From contig NZ_CALHIQ010000013.1 in assembly GCF_938030725.1 (NCBI RefSeq), positions 6,461-70,460 on the forward strand: a stretch of 64,000 nucleotides of DNA, given 5' to 3'. How positions within the stretch are numbered: the stretch's first letter is position 1; each line of letters opens with the position of its first letter. Positions 19,925 to 30,711 of this stretch are shown piece by piece. The DNA is from an uncultured Fretibacterium sp. Its GTDB lineage: Bacteria; Synergistota; Synergistia; Synergistales; Aminobacteriaceae. Under the pieces are notes generated by a model that saw nothing but the letters and a program-made list of their open reading frames with translations, ran no database searches and was not told where the DNA came from. A program made the position numbers and the translations under genes.

Positions 19925-21577
19925 CTACCTCATCGCGGCGATGACCGCCTCGAGGGCCTCCTTCGCGTCCGAGGGCAGTTTGTCTACGCCGCCGCGCTCC
20001 GTTTCGCGGGCGATCACGAAGTTCAGCCGGTCCTGGAAGCGGGCCTTGAGCTGCTCGCGATAGGCGGCATCGTTCAGGTCGACCTTGAAGTCCGGCATGT
20101 CCAGCGTCTTGAGCCCCGGCAGGTCACCGAAGGGAACCCAGCGGGCCCTGCCCTCCACGATGGACTCGATGATGCCCAGCGTGTGCTCCTTCTTCACCTT
20201 GGTGCCCATGAAGTCGGCGGTGTTCAGGATATAGCAGTCCACTCCGTCGGCCAAGAGCGTCTTGAAGCGCTCGTAGTCCATGGAGAGCGGGTAGGTGCGG
20301 AAGGGGTTGGCGTAGGGCTCGCACACCAGGGCGTTGGGGTCCACGCCGGGGGCTAGGCGTTCCGCGCTGGTGCGCTTGGTGGCCAGGGTCGCGCCCAGCA
20401 CCGCGCCGAGGGACGGGCCCTCCAGCTTCAGCACGGGGGGGATCGTCGGGTCGCGCATGAGCCAGAAGATGGCGTTCAGCGGCTCGTCGATGCGATCCAC
20501 GCGGTTGGGGGACCAGAGGCGGGACTTGACGGAACGGCCGTTGCCGTTGCGCATGTCCTCCGTCACGGCGACCTTCCGGCCGTCCCTGGTGACGGTGGCG
20601 CCGCAGTTCTGGATCGTCAGGAGGTACTTGTTGTCCTCGCAGCCGATGGGGTAGTCCGCCAGCTTGTCGAAGTAGGTGGGCTCCATGGCGATGGCGTACT
20701 TGTCCTTGATGTTGACGATGAAGGCGTCGTCGTGCAGCACCATGATGTCGTACCTGCCGTCGTGTTTGGCGTGGGTGATGGTGGACTTGCCGGAGCCCGA
20801 CAGGCCGAAGGCCGCCATGACGAACTTCCTTCCGTCCTTCATCGTGTAGCGCTTCAGGCCGCCGTGGCAGGCCGCGTAGCCGTTGCGGGCGGCGATGCCC
20901 CAGGCCAGGGTCAGGGTCCCCTTCTTCAGCTCGCCGAAGTAGCGCAGGCCCAGCACCGCGGCGCAGTTCTCCTCAGGGGAGAAGAACGCGAGGCCCAGCG
21001 GGAAGTCCGGGTGCGACCAGTCGGGATCGGCGAAGAAGAAGATGTCGCCGTCGGTGTCCGAGATCCTTCGGGAGGCCGCGTAGCGTGGCCTGTACCTCTC
21101 GTTGTCGTACTGAAAGTTGATCATCCAGTTGTAGAGGTTGTTCTCGTAGCCCTCCGGCAGGAGCAGGTGGGCCTTCACCATGAAGTCCTCGTCCAGCCCC
21201 ACGTAGGCGTCCGCCTGGTACATCCTGCGGTAGCGCGTGTTGAAGATGGCCTCGCGCACCACGGTGCAGAGGGCCTTGGCGTCCACGCCGGGCCAGCCCA
21301 CGATGCGGCGCGCCGCCGCCGTGCGGCCGAAGATTGCGCCGTCGTTGAACAGCAGGACGTTTGCGTCCTGGGGCAGCTCCTGCTCCGTGGGGTGGTAGAC
21401 GGGCATCCCCGTCAGCTCGACCGTGCCCGGGCTGTTCTTCGCCAGGTTGTAGGCCTCCTTCAGGTCCAGCACCCGGTGGACGTTGTTGCCGTAGAACACG
21501 GCCTCCACCGTCGGGCGGACCTGAGTCTTGTTCACCTTTTTAAAGTTCTCCTCGTCGTAAGCGCCGATCGTCGCCAT
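19925..21577 (-). CDS. pckA: Phosphoenolpyruvate carboxykinase (ATP)
   Basis: YFGELKKG, ACHGG, GLSGSGKST, LHDD, PYANPF motifs. Confidence 0.85.
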   Translation of the reverse strand: MATIGAYDEENFKKVNKTQVRPTVEAVFYGNNVHRVLDLKEAYNLAKNSPGTVELTGMPVYHPTEQELPQDANVLLFNDGAIFGRTAAARRIVGWPGVDAKALCTVVREAIFNTRYRRMYQADAYVGLDEDFMVKAHLLLPEGYENNLYNWMINFQYDNERYRPRYAASRRISDTDGDIFFFADPDWSHPDFPLGLAFFSPEENCAAVLGLRYFGELKKGTLTLAWGIAARNGYAACHGGLKRYTMKDGRKFVMAAFGLSGSGKSTITHAKHDGRYDIMVLHDDAFIVNIKDKYAIAMEPTYFDKLADYPIGCEDNKYLLTIQNCGATVTRDGRKVAVTEDMRNGNGRSVKSRLWSPNRVDRIDEPLNAIFWLMRDPTIPPVLKLEGPSLGAVLGATLATKRTSAERLAPGVDPNALVCEPYANPFRTYPLSMDYERFKTLLADGVDCYILNTADFMGTKVKKEHTLGIIESIVEGRARWVPFGDLPGLKTLDMPDFKVDLNDAAYREQLKARFQDRLNFVIARETERGGVDKLPSDAKEALEAVIAAMR

Positions 21578-21777
21578 CGTTAAACCCCCACTCCTTTTTT
21601 GTGTATCGCGCCGCCCTGTCCTCGCGCGGCGGCCCTTTTTTGAACGCCGAAAGCCCTCACGCCATTATAGCCCGATTGCCCCGCGCCTGGGGCGTGTCGT
21701 CAATTGAGCCATCCTGCAATGACAACGAAACAAACGAAGCCAGGACTTTCAAAATGTCGGTCAATCGATGGGGACCG

Positions 21778-22674
21778 TCAACGGTTGGTCAGTGCATCTT
21801 TGCGCTCCCTGTTCCGGTCCGCGGGGGAGGAGGAGGCGGTGCCGAGGGCCCGTTCCCACTCGATGCCGGCCGGGTTGGGGATCAGGATGAAGGAGGTCCC
21901 GAAGCGCTCACTCTCCCGGTCCACGGCTCTGCGGCACTCTGCGGCCGGCTTGCCCTCCAGGTCCAGGGGCAGGTCATCGACGCTGTCCCCCAAGTAGAGG
22001 ACGACGTCGTACTCCTCAGCGACCTTTGCGAAGCGGGGCATCTTGTTGAGGGGCTCCGCTCCGCCGGCGCGGGCCAGCAGGCGGTCCTCCACGGCCTGGG
22101 GGAGCCCCAGGGCCTGAAGCTCCTTCAGGGCCTCTCCGGTCTGCTCCTGCGTTTCAAGGGGACGGTTCGTCGCGTAGAAGATCGCCACGCCCAACTCGTC
22201 CGCGGCCTTCAGAAGGTCCAGGGCGCCGGGGAGGAGGTCCTCCGAGGCGAGGTTGTCCCAGTCCTCCGTCCCGTCAAAGAGCTTCCCTTCCCTGAGGCGG
22301 TCCGCCATGGCACGGCTGCGGTCGAGGATCGCCCCCGGACAGTCCACGACGATGGCCAGGGGGCTGTCCTCCCTCCGGCGGCTGACGAAGGCCCATCGGA
22401 TGCGCTCCAGCGCAGCGTTGTAGGCCTGATGGCACAGCGCGCGGTACTCGGCGGAGGTCCTCACCCAGAGGACGGCCGTGAGGGACTGGTCGGCGACCTC
22501 GCGCTCCGAGATGGCAGGGGCCGGAGCGGGAGTGGTTTCGAGCGGTTTGTACGCGTCGGTCTGGGGCGTTGGGGCCTGCGTTTTGGCCCGGATAACGAGC
22601 AGGATTGCGATGAGGGCGACGACTCCCCACCACGCGAGGGTCCTCAGGTACTTCCTGTCTTCCATAAGCTTCAT
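21778..22674 (-). CDS. Class C acid phosphatase / e(P4)-like HAD protein with degenerate motif I
   Basis: W..TSAEYRALC.QAYN.A, FY.TNR, GD..DD, F..IPNP; DxDET replaced by DCPGA. Confidence 0.7.
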   Translation of the reverse strand: MKLMEDRKYLRTLAWWGVVALIAILLVIRAKTQAPTPQTDAYKPLETTPAPAPAISEREVADQSLTAVLWVRTSAEYRALCHQAYNAALERIRWAFVSRRREDSPLAIVVDCPGAILDRSRAMADRLREGKLFDGTEDWDNLASEDLLPGALDLLKAADELGVAIFYATNRPLETQEQTGEALKELQALGLPQAVEDRLLARAGGAEPLNKMPRFAKVAEEYDVVLYLGDSVDDLPLDLEGKPAAECRRAVDRESERFGTSFILIPNPAGIEWERALGTASSSPADRNRERKDALTNR

Positions 22675-22908
22675 GGTAAGGTCCTCCTTAAGTATAAAAA
22701 TGCTGCCTTGCTGGACTGCGGTGTGGTATAACTATACCACGAGGAGGAAATTTTGGAGCGGCCTGCTGTGGTGAGGCGGCGCGGAGGTACGGACCCGGCG
22801 CGGCGGCTCAGGCCGGCCGGTGCGGAAGGGAGGCAGCGGGCGAACGCCGCCCGCGTTTTGAATGTGCCTTTGGACACGGAAGCGATTGAGTCGGACGGTG
22901 GCCCCCCT

Positions 22909-23400
22909 GTGACGGGTCACGGACACCGCATCGTGAACTTCACGCTGGTGGGAGCCGTCACCTGCTCCCTGCCGGCGGCCCTCTGCGCCCTTCTGGGCGC
23001 CGCCTTCCCGGACTCCAGCGAGTGGCTGCTGTGGGGGCGGAACAGGAACCGCTGGCACCGCAGGCTCACGCACTGGTTCGTCCCATGGCTCGCGCTCTCC
23101 CTCCTGTGTCTGGACCGCGCGGGGTGGCGGACGCCGACCCTTGCGGGCCTGGCGGAAGGGTCGGCGGGGGACCTGTGGGCCTGCGCCGGATTCTGGCTGT
23201 TGGGGGGCCTGCTGCACATCGCGCTGGACGCCTGCTGCGGCAAGGTGCCCCTTCTCCTGCCCTGGCGGAGGACCTTTGGAGCGCACCTCTTCAGGACCTC
23301 GCCCAGGCCGGGGGAACTCAGTCCGGGGGAGATGGCCGTCACGTTCTTCCTGTCGGCCACGGCTCTGGGAGCCTGGGCTGCACGGGCAGGACTCCTCTAA
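22909..23400 (+). CDS. YdjM-like membrane-bound metal-dependent hydrolase
   Basis: MT..GH, GAAFPD, HR.LTH, LHI.LD motifs. Confidence 0.75.
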   Translation: MTGHGHRIVNFTLVGAVTCSLPAALCALLGAAFPDSSEWLLWGRNRNRWHRRLTHWFVPWLALSLLCLDRAGWRTPTLAGLAEGSAGDLWACAGFWLLGGLLHIALDACCGKVPLLLPWRRTFGAHLFRTSPRPGELSPGEMAVTFFLSATALGAWAARAGLL

Positions 23401-23457
23401 GCGGAGCCGCGCGACCCGCCGCCAGCTCTCATTTTAAAAGGTCAGGAGGTCTTTCTC

Positions 23458-24774
23458 ATGCCGTGGATATGGTCGGTCCTCATGCCGCATCCCCCGATCC
23501 TCGTTCCGGAGTTGGGGCGGGGCAGAGAGGCGGAGGCGGCGGAAACGCTCGCCGGTCTTGACCGGGTGGCGGAGGCGGTGCGGGGTCGGGAGCCGGAGGT
23601 CCTGCTGGTCCTCTCCCCACATCATCCCTGCACGCCTGGCTCTCTGGGCTTCAACGCGGCCCCGGAGTCCGAGGGGTCCTTTGCGGCCTTCGGGGCCCCG
23701 AAGGTGCGGGTGGACTTTCGCACCCGCGCGGAAGACCGGGAAGCGCTTGGGCGCTTTTTGATGCCCCATGGCATCCCGGTTTCCCATCAGGCCTCGCCCG
23801 ACCTCTCGTCGGATCAGGGGACCCTGGTCCCGCTCTACTTCCTGCGCCGCGCCTGGGGGGCCCTGCCGGCGACGCTGACGGCCTCGCCGGTGGGGCTCTC
23901 GCCGCGCGGAGCCTTCGATCTGGGGCAGGCCCTGGCGGACTTCGACGACGGGCGGACCTGGGCGCTGCTGGCCAGCGGCGACCTGTCTCACCGCCTGACC
24001 CCCTCCGCCCCCGCAGGCTACGCCCCGGAGGCGGGGCGCGCCTTCGACGACGCGGTGCTCGAGGCCCTGCGGCAGGGCTCCGCGGCGCCGATCTTCGCCC
24101 TCGGCCTCAAGACGATCAACGAGGCTGGCCAGTGCGGGCTGTGGTCCGTCCTGACGATGCTGGGGCTCATGGAAGCCCTGGGTGGCGCGGCAAAGGTGCT
24201 CTCCTACGAGGGCCCCTTCGGCGTGGGCTACTGCACCGCGGTGTGGGACGCTCCGGCCCCCGCCCCCGTCCGCCTGGCGCGGGAAACGGTGACGCGCCTC
24301 CTCTCCGGCAGGCCCCTGCCGGAGAGGGGCGGCGACGTGTGCGCTTCGCCGCTGTGGGAGCGGACTGCAGCGTGCTTCGTGTCCATCAAGACGAGGCAGG
24401 GCGCCCTCCGCGGCTGCATCGGGACCCTCGCGCCGTCGCAGGGGACGCTGGATCGCGAGATCATCGAGAACGCCGTGGCGGCCGCGACGCGGGACCCGCG
24501 CGTCCCTCCCATGACGGCGGAGGAGCTGGAGGGCGTCCGCCTGTCGGTGGACGTGCTGTCGGACCCGGAGCCCGTCGAGGGGGTGGAGCAGCTGGACCCC
24601 AAGCTCTGGGGCGTCATTGTGTCGAAGGGCTGGCAGCGCGGCGTTCTGCTGCCGGACCTGGAGGGCGTGGACACCGCGGAGCAGCAGGTGGAGATCGCGG
24701 CCCGAAAGGCCGGCCTCAGCAGCCTGGAGGGCGTCGCGCTCCAGCGCTTCAGCGTGACGCGGTATCGGGAGTAG
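23458..24774 (+). CDS. amrA: AmmeMemoRadiSam system protein A (Memo/LigB-like domain fused to AMMECR1)
   Basis: MPHPP, SPH, ASGDLSH, CG, SYEGPFGVGY, then LRGCIGT, A.RDPR, GVLLPDL. Confidence 0.85.
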   Translation: MPWIWSVLMPHPPILVPELGRGREAEAAETLAGLDRVAEAVRGREPEVLLVLSPHHPCTPGSLGFNAAPESEGSFAAFGAPKVRVDFRTRAEDREALGRFLMPHGIPVSHQASPDLSSDQGTLVPLYFLRRAWGALPATLTASPVGLSPRGAFDLGQALADFDDGRTWALLASGDLSHRLTPSAPAGYAPEAGRAFDDAVLEALRQGSAAPIFALGLKTINEAGQCGLWSVLTMLGLMEALGGAAKVLSYEGPFGVGYCTAVWDAPAPAPVRLARETVTRLLSGRPLPERGGDVCASPLWERTAACFVSIKTRQGALRGCIGTLAPSQGTLDREIIENAVAAATRDPRVPPMTAEELEGVRLSVDVLSDPEPVEGVEQLDPKLWGVIVSKGWQRGVLLPDLEGVDTAEQQVEIAARKAGLSSLEGVALQRFSVTRYRE

Positions 24775-24832
24775 GGCGCGGCGGTGGGCCGCCTCCCGGT
24801 TTTGTCATAACAACTGGAAATGGGGTCGTCAG

Positions 24833-26185
24833 ATGAAGCTTGCGGTGATCGGCACCGGGTACGTGGGCCTTGTGACGGGGACCTGCCTCGCCCGATACGG
24901 CAATACGGTGGTGTGCGTGGATACGAACGGGGAGCGCGTGGCGACGCTTCGCGGCGGACGGGTCCCCTTCTACGAGCCGGGGCTGGACGAGATGATGGCG
25001 CGCAACGCCGCCGAGGGGCGCCTCTCCTTCACGACGGAGGCGGCGGAGGCCCTGGAGGGGGCCAACGTCTGCTTCATCACGGTGGGGACGCCTTCGGCCC
25101 CGGACGGCAGCGCGGACCTCTCCTTCGTCGAGGGGGCGGCCCGCAGCATCGGGCGCGGCATGTCGGGGGACCTGCTGGCCGTGGTGAAGTCCACCGTCCC
25201 CGTGGGGACGAACGCCCGCGTCCGGGACTGGATTCGTGAGGAGCTCAACGCGCGGGGGGCCCGGCACGCGCTGGGCATGGCCTCGAACCCGGAGTTCCTG
25301 CGGGAGGGGGCGGCGCTCCGGGACTTCGTGGAGCCGGACCGCGTGGTCCTCGGCGCGGACTCGCCGGAGGCCGCGGAAACCCTGAGGCGCATCTACTCCT
25401 TCCTGGAGCCCGCAAAGCTGCTCTTCATGGACATCGCCTCGGCGGAGATGGCGAAGTACGCTGCCAACGCCATGCTGGCGGCCCGCATCTCCTTCATGAA
25501 CGAGATGGCCTGCATCTGCAGCCGCGTGGGAGCGGACGTGGAGAGTGTGCGCCAGGCCATGGGGCGGGACGACCGCATCGGCGCGAAGTTCCTGCGGGCG
25601 GGCTGCGGCTACGGCGGCTCCTGCTTCCCCAAGGACGTGCGGGCGCTTCGGGACTTCGCCCGGGCGACGGGCTACGAGCCGAACCTGCTGACGGCGGTGG
25701 ACGAGGTGAACACGCGGGCCAAGGGACTTCTGCTGGAAGAGCTCCGGGGGCGCCTGGGGGACCTGTCGGGCCGCGTGATCGCTCTGTGGGGCCTGGCCTT
25801 CAAGCCCAAGACCTCCGACACCCGCGAGGCGCCGGCTCAGGTCCTGATCCACGGCCTCCTGGCCGCCGGGGCTTCCGTCAGGGCCAGCGACCCCCGCGCC
25901 ATCGAGGAAACGCGCGCGGCGCTGGGGGACCTGCCCAACGTGACCTACGTCGCAGACCCCTACGAGACGGCGCGGGGCGCGGATGCCCTGGCCGTGGTCA
26001 CGGAGTGGGACATCTACCGCCAGCCGGACTTCGCCCGGCTCCGGTCGTTCCTGCGCACGCCGATCATCGTCGATGGGCGCAACGTCTACTCCCGCGAGGA
26101 GATGGCGCGGGCCGGCTTCGACTACCTCTCCGTCGGACGTCCGCCCGTCCTGGCCGCCTCCGGCCCGGTGGGGAGGGCGCTCTAG
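24833..26185 (+). CDS. ugd: UDP-glucose/GDP-mannose 6-dehydrogenase
   Basis: G.GYVG, KSTVPVG, NPEFLREG, GYGGSCFPKD, GLAFKP. Confidence 0.92.
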   Translation: MKLAVIGTGYVGLVTGTCLARYGNTVVCVDTNGERVATLRGGRVPFYEPGLDEMMARNAAEGRLSFTTEAAEALEGANVCFITVGTPSAPDGSADLSFVEGAARSIGRGMSGDLLAVVKSTVPVGTNARVRDWIREELNARGARHALGMASNPEFLREGAALRDFVEPDRVVLGADSPEAAETLRRIYSFLEPAKLLFMDIASAEMAKYAANAMLAARISFMNEMACICSRVGADVESVRQAMGRDDRIGAKFLRAGCGYGGSCFPKDVRALRDFARATGYEPNLLTAVDEVNTRAKGLLLEELRGRLGDLSGRVIALWGLAFKPKTSDTREAPAQVLIHGLLAAGASVRASDPRAIEETRAALGDLPNVTYVADPYETARGADALAVVTEWDIYRQPDFARLRSFLRTPIIVDGRNVYSREEMARAGFDYLSVGRPPVLAASGPVGRAL

Positions 26186-27669
26186 TGTCCGCGCCGTTCC
26201 AGCCCCAGCGCGCGTTGGGTGAGTTCCTGCGCAGCGGCAGGGCGGCGGAAACCTCCGTGGCCGTCCTGGGCGACATCGTCCTGGACCGATACCTCACGGG
26301 GTCCACCCGCCGCGTGTCCCGCGAGGCCCCCATCCCCGTCGTGGTGTGCGACACGCGGGCCGCCGCCGACAACCTGGGGGGCGCGGGGAACGTGGCGGCG
26401 AACCTCCGGGGGATTGGATGCCGCGTCTGGCTTGCGGGCATGGTGGGCGACGACGCCTTCGGCCAGAAGGTGAGGGGGCACGTGCAGTCCTTCAGGATCG
26501 AGCCCCGGCTCTGGCCGCGCCGGACCCCCACCCTGGTGAAGACCCGGCTGATCTGCGGCGGGCAGCAGCTGGCCCGATTCGACTTCGAGGACGTGGAGCC
26601 CCTGCCCCCAGAGGGCGTGGAGAACGCGCTGGACTTCCTGAACAAGGCCATCGACGGCGGCGTGCGCACGGTGATCCTGTCCGACTACGGCCTGGGGTAC
26701 TGCACGCCGGAGCTGTGCCAGGGCGTCATCTCCATGGCGGCCCGGCGGGGCGCTCACGTGCTGGTGGACCCCCGCGGCGTGGATTGGTCCAAGTACCGCG
26801 GCGCGGCACTGGCCACGCCGAATCTGGGGGAGCTGAGCGCCACCTGGGGACGCCACGTCCGCAACGATCCGAAGACGGTGGCGGAGGTCGGCGAGAAGGT
26901 CCGCCGGAAGAACGGCCTGAAATGGCTCCTGGTGACGCGGTCCTCCCGCGGCATGACGCTCCTGGGGCCGGAGGCCGTCCGCCACATCCGGGCCCATCCG
27001 GTGGAGGTCTTCGACGTCAGCGGCGCTGGGGACACCGTCATCGCCATGCTGGCTGCCCTCAACGCTGCGGGCTTTGACGCGGAGCGGGCCTCCAGCATGG
27101 CCAACGAGGCCGCGCAGTTCGTCATCACGCGGTCGGGGACCTACGCCTTCACCGCCAGGGACTACCTGGAGGCCTATCGGTCGCGGACGCCCTACCTCTT
27201 CAGCCCCGTTGCGGAAACGGACGCGGCCGTCCGGCAGGTGCGGGCCTGGCAGTCGGCGGGGCAGCGCGTCATCTTCACAAACGGCTGTTTCGACGTGCTG
27301 CACGCAGGGCACCTGGACAGCCTGCGCCGGGCCCGGCTCCTGGGGGACAGGCTGGTGGTGGGGCTGAACAGCGACCGGTCCGTTCGCGCGCTGAAGGGGC
27401 CAAGCCGCCCGGTGAACCCGCAGGACCTGCGGGCGGAGCTCCTAGCCGCCCTGAGGCCCGTGGACATGGTGGTGATCTTCGACGAGGACACGCCCCGGGA
27501 GCTCCTGTCGCGCCTGCGGCCCGACGTACTGGCCAAGGGCGGGGACTACCGCGCCGAGGAGCTGCCCGGCCGCGAGTTCGTGGACGAGGTGGTCATCCTG
27601 CCGCTTCTCGAGGGACATTCCACGACGCGCATCCTGAACCACGGAAGGGAGGGCGGCGCGGAGGCTTGA
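26185..27669 (+). CDS. hldE: Bifunctional heptose-7-phosphate kinase / heptose-1-phosphate adenylyltransferase
   Basis: R.S.EAP.P, GGAGNVA, DVSGAGDTV (PfkB) plus FTNGCFD.LH.GH, GLNSD, KGGDY. Confidence 0.9.
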   Translation: MSAPFQPQRALGEFLRSGRAAETSVAVLGDIVLDRYLTGSTRRVSREAPIPVVVCDTRAAADNLGGAGNVAANLRGIGCRVWLAGMVGDDAFGQKVRGHVQSFRIEPRLWPRRTPTLVKTRLICGGQQLARFDFEDVEPLPPEGVENALDFLNKAIDGGVRTVILSDYGLGYCTPELCQGVISMAARRGAHVLVDPRGVDWSKYRGAALATPNLGELSATWGRHVRNDPKTVAEVGEKVRRKNGLKWLLVTRSSRGMTLLGPEAVRHIRAHPVEVFDVSGAGDTVIAMLAALNAAGFDAERASSMANEAAQFVITRSGTYAFTARDYLEAYRSRTPYLFSPVAETDAAVRQVRAWQSAGQRVIFTNGCFDVLHAGHLDSLRRARLLGDRLVVGLNSDRSVRALKGPSRPVNPQDLRAELLAALRPVDMVVIFDEDTPRELLSRLRPDVLAKGGDYRAEELPGREFVDEVVILPLLEGHSTTRILNHGREGGAEA

Positions 27670-27742
27670 GGCCTTGCCTGCTGGAGCCCTGTCGTGATAG
27701 AATGAACTCCGCAGTGAGCTTTTACGAAATAGTTGCACGCGT

Positions 27743-28453
<711 letters not shown>

Positions 28454-28544
28454 GATGTCGAGATTGACGCTGCGAGGCGGCGTTCCGGCCCCGTGCCGGG
28501 CGGCGCAGGGAACGGCCGGTGGGGGAGCGGGGCGGACCTTTCAG

Positions 28545-29420
28545 GTGGACCGCCTCATCCGCGTCATCGAGGAGAAGGGGAACCCCACCGCCCTTGGGCT
28601 GGACACGCGGCTGGAGTACCTGCCTCCGGCCTTCGCCCGTCCCTACCTGGAGGCGGGCGGAGCGGCCTCCGCGGTGCGGGCCTTCAACTTCGCCCTCCTG
28701 GAGGCCCTGCGCGACCTCATCCCCTGCGTCAAGGTCCAGGCGGCGTACTACGAGCTGATGGGGGCGTCGGGCGTGGCCTGCATGGAGGAGACCCTGGCGG
28801 AGGCCCGTCGCCTCGGGTACGTCGTCATCCTGGACGCGAAGCGCGGGGACATCGGCGCCACGGCCGCTGCCTACTCGGAGGCCTACCTGGCGGAGGGCGC
28901 TCCCGCGCCGGTGGACTTCCTCACCGTGAACCCCTACTTCGGCACGGACGGCGTGCAGCCCTTCCTGGAGGACTGCGGGCGGAGCGGCAGGGGCCTCTTC
29001 GTCCTGGTCAAGACGTCGAACCCCTCGTCGGTGGAGTTTCAGGACGTCAGGATGGAGGACGGCCAGCCGCTCTTCCTCCGGGTGGGGAGGAGCACGGCCC
29101 GCTGGGGCGAGGACCTGATGGGGGAGATGGGCTACAGCGCGGTCGGCGCGGTGGTGGGCGCGACGTACCCGGAGCAGGGCGCGATGCTGCGGCGGGAGAT
29201 GCCCCACACCTTCTTCCTGCTTCCGGGCTACGGAGCCCAGGGGGCAACGGGCCGATCCCTGGCGGGCTGCTTCGACAGCCAGGGTCGCGGCGCGGTGGTG
29301 AACGCCTCGCGCAGCCTGATCTGCGCCCACAAGAAGGCGGGAACGGAGGACTTTATCTCCGCCGCCAGGGAGGAGGCCCTCAGGATGCGGGAGGACCTAC
29401 GGCAGGCCCTGCGGGGCTGA
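28545..29420 (+). CDS. pyrF: Orotidine-5'-phosphate decarboxylase (type 2); in-frame ATG at 28455 adds 30 aa
   Basis: LGLD, VK.Q.AYYE, DAKRGDIG.T, TVNPY.G, KTSN, PGYGAQG, VNASR. Confidence 0.92.
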   Translation: MDRLIRVIEEKGNPTALGLDTRLEYLPPAFARPYLEAGGAASAVRAFNFALLEALRDLIPCVKVQAAYYELMGASGVACMEETLAEARRLGYVVILDAKRGDIGATAAAYSEAYLAEGAPAPVDFLTVNPYFGTDGVQPFLEDCGRSGRGLFVLVKTSNPSSVEFQDVRMEDGQPLFLRVGRSTARWGEDLMGEMGYSAVGAVVGATYPEQGAMLRREMPHTFFLLPGYGAQGATGRSLAGCFDSQGRGAVVNASRSLICAHKKAGTEDFISAAREEALRMREDLRQALRG

Positions 29421-29455
29421 GGCGGACGAAAACTTACCCAAGGAGGTCGTTTTTC

Positions 29456-30040
29456 ATGGAAAAGACGCAGGAGTTGGCGATGGAGATATTGACGCGCCTC
29501 GGCGCGCTGAAGCGCGGGCACTTCCGCCTGACGTCGGGGCTGCACAGCGACTGTTACATGCAGTGCGCGGTGCTCTTCGAGCACCCGAAGGAGAGCGAAA
29601 GCCTGTGCCGCGCGCTGGCGGAGGGCTTTGCGGGGCAGAGGATCGACCTGGTGGCGTCGCCGGCCGTCGGGGGCGTCATCATGGGCTACGAGATGGCGCG
29701 GGCCCTCTCCGTTCGGAACGTCTTCGCGGAGCGTGAGGACGGAAGGATGACCCTCCGCCGCGGCTTCCGCGTGGAGCCGGGAGAGCGCGCGCTGGTGGTG
29801 GAGGACGTCGTGACCACCGGCGGCTCCGTTCGGGAGGTCATCGAGCTCCTGCGCGGAGCGGGCGCCGAGGTGGTGGGCGTGGGGTCCGTGGTGGACCGGT
29901 CAGGCGGCAGGGTGGACTTCGGTGTCCCCTTCCATGCCCTGATGACCATGGAGGCGTCCGCCTGGCGGGAGGAGGAGTGTCCCCTCTGCAAGAAGGGAGA
30001 GCCCATCGTCAAGCCGGGGAGCCGGCAGCTCAAGAAGTAG
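29456..30040 (+). CDS. pyrE: Orotate phosphoribosyltransferase
   Basis: GHF.LTSG.HS, LRRGF, VVEDVVTTGGS, KPGSR. Confidence 0.93.
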   Translation: MEKTQELAMEILTRLGALKRGHFRLTSGLHSDCYMQCAVLFEHPKESESLCRALAEGFAGQRIDLVASPAVGGVIMGYEMARALSVRNVFAEREDGRMTLRRGFRVEPGERALVVEDVVTTGGSVREVIELLRGAGAEVVGVGSVVDRSGGRVDFGVPFHALMTMEASAWREEECPLCKKGEPIVKPGSRQLKK

Positions 30041-30161
30041 CGGCCTCCGCCGCGGCCCGCCCTCCCGACCCGCCTTTTTCAGATTGTTTTTCCGATGGGT
30101 TAGCGTTATATTATCCCCAGCAGGTTCCCGATGGACATCCGGGAACGGGAACGGAGGACGT

Positions 30162-30710
30162 ATGGAGTTGGCAGCAGAAGCAGCGAAGCCCTGGTGGCGA
30201 GAAACCATTGAAACCATCGTCTGGGCGTTTGTCCTGGCGATGATCATCCGCACGTTTGTCGTGCAGGCCTTTTGGATCCCCAGCGGGTCCATGATCCCCA
30301 CGCTTGAGATCGGGGACCGCGTCCTGGTGGCGAAGTTCTGGAACTGGTTCTTCGAGCCGTCCCGCGGGTCCATCTACGTGTTCACCTATCCGAAGGACCG
30401 GGATCGGGACTTCGTGAAGCGCATCATCGGCCTTCCGGGGGACACGGTGGACATCCGGGACGGCGTCGTCTTCGTCAACGGACACCCCACGGAGGAGCCC
30501 TACGTCGTGAACCATGACGCCTACAGCATCCGGACCGGAGAATTCTTCCAGCGCCCCTTCACGGTACCGCAGGACAGCTACTTCGTCATGGGGGACAACC
30601 GCCCCAACTCCCAGGACAGCCGCTTCTGGGGTTTCGTTCGGAGGTCGGACCTCCACGGCCCGGCCTTCTTCCGCTACTGGCCCCTGACCCGCCTCGGCAT
30701 CCCCCGCTGA
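30162..30710 (+). CDS. lepB: Signal peptidase I
   Basis: IPSGSM.PTL, FVKRIIGLPGD, GDNR.NS.DSR. Confidence 0.95.
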   Translation: MELAAEAAKPWWRETIETIVWAFVLAMIIRTFVVQAFWIPSGSMIPTLEIGDRVLVAKFWNWFFEPSRGSIYVFTYPKDRDRDFVKRIIGLPGDTVDIRDGVVFVNGHPTEEPYVVNHDAYSIRTGEFFQRPFTVPQDSYFVMGDNRPNSQDSRFWGFVRRSDLHGPAFFRYWPLTRLGIPR

Positions 30711-30711
30711 C

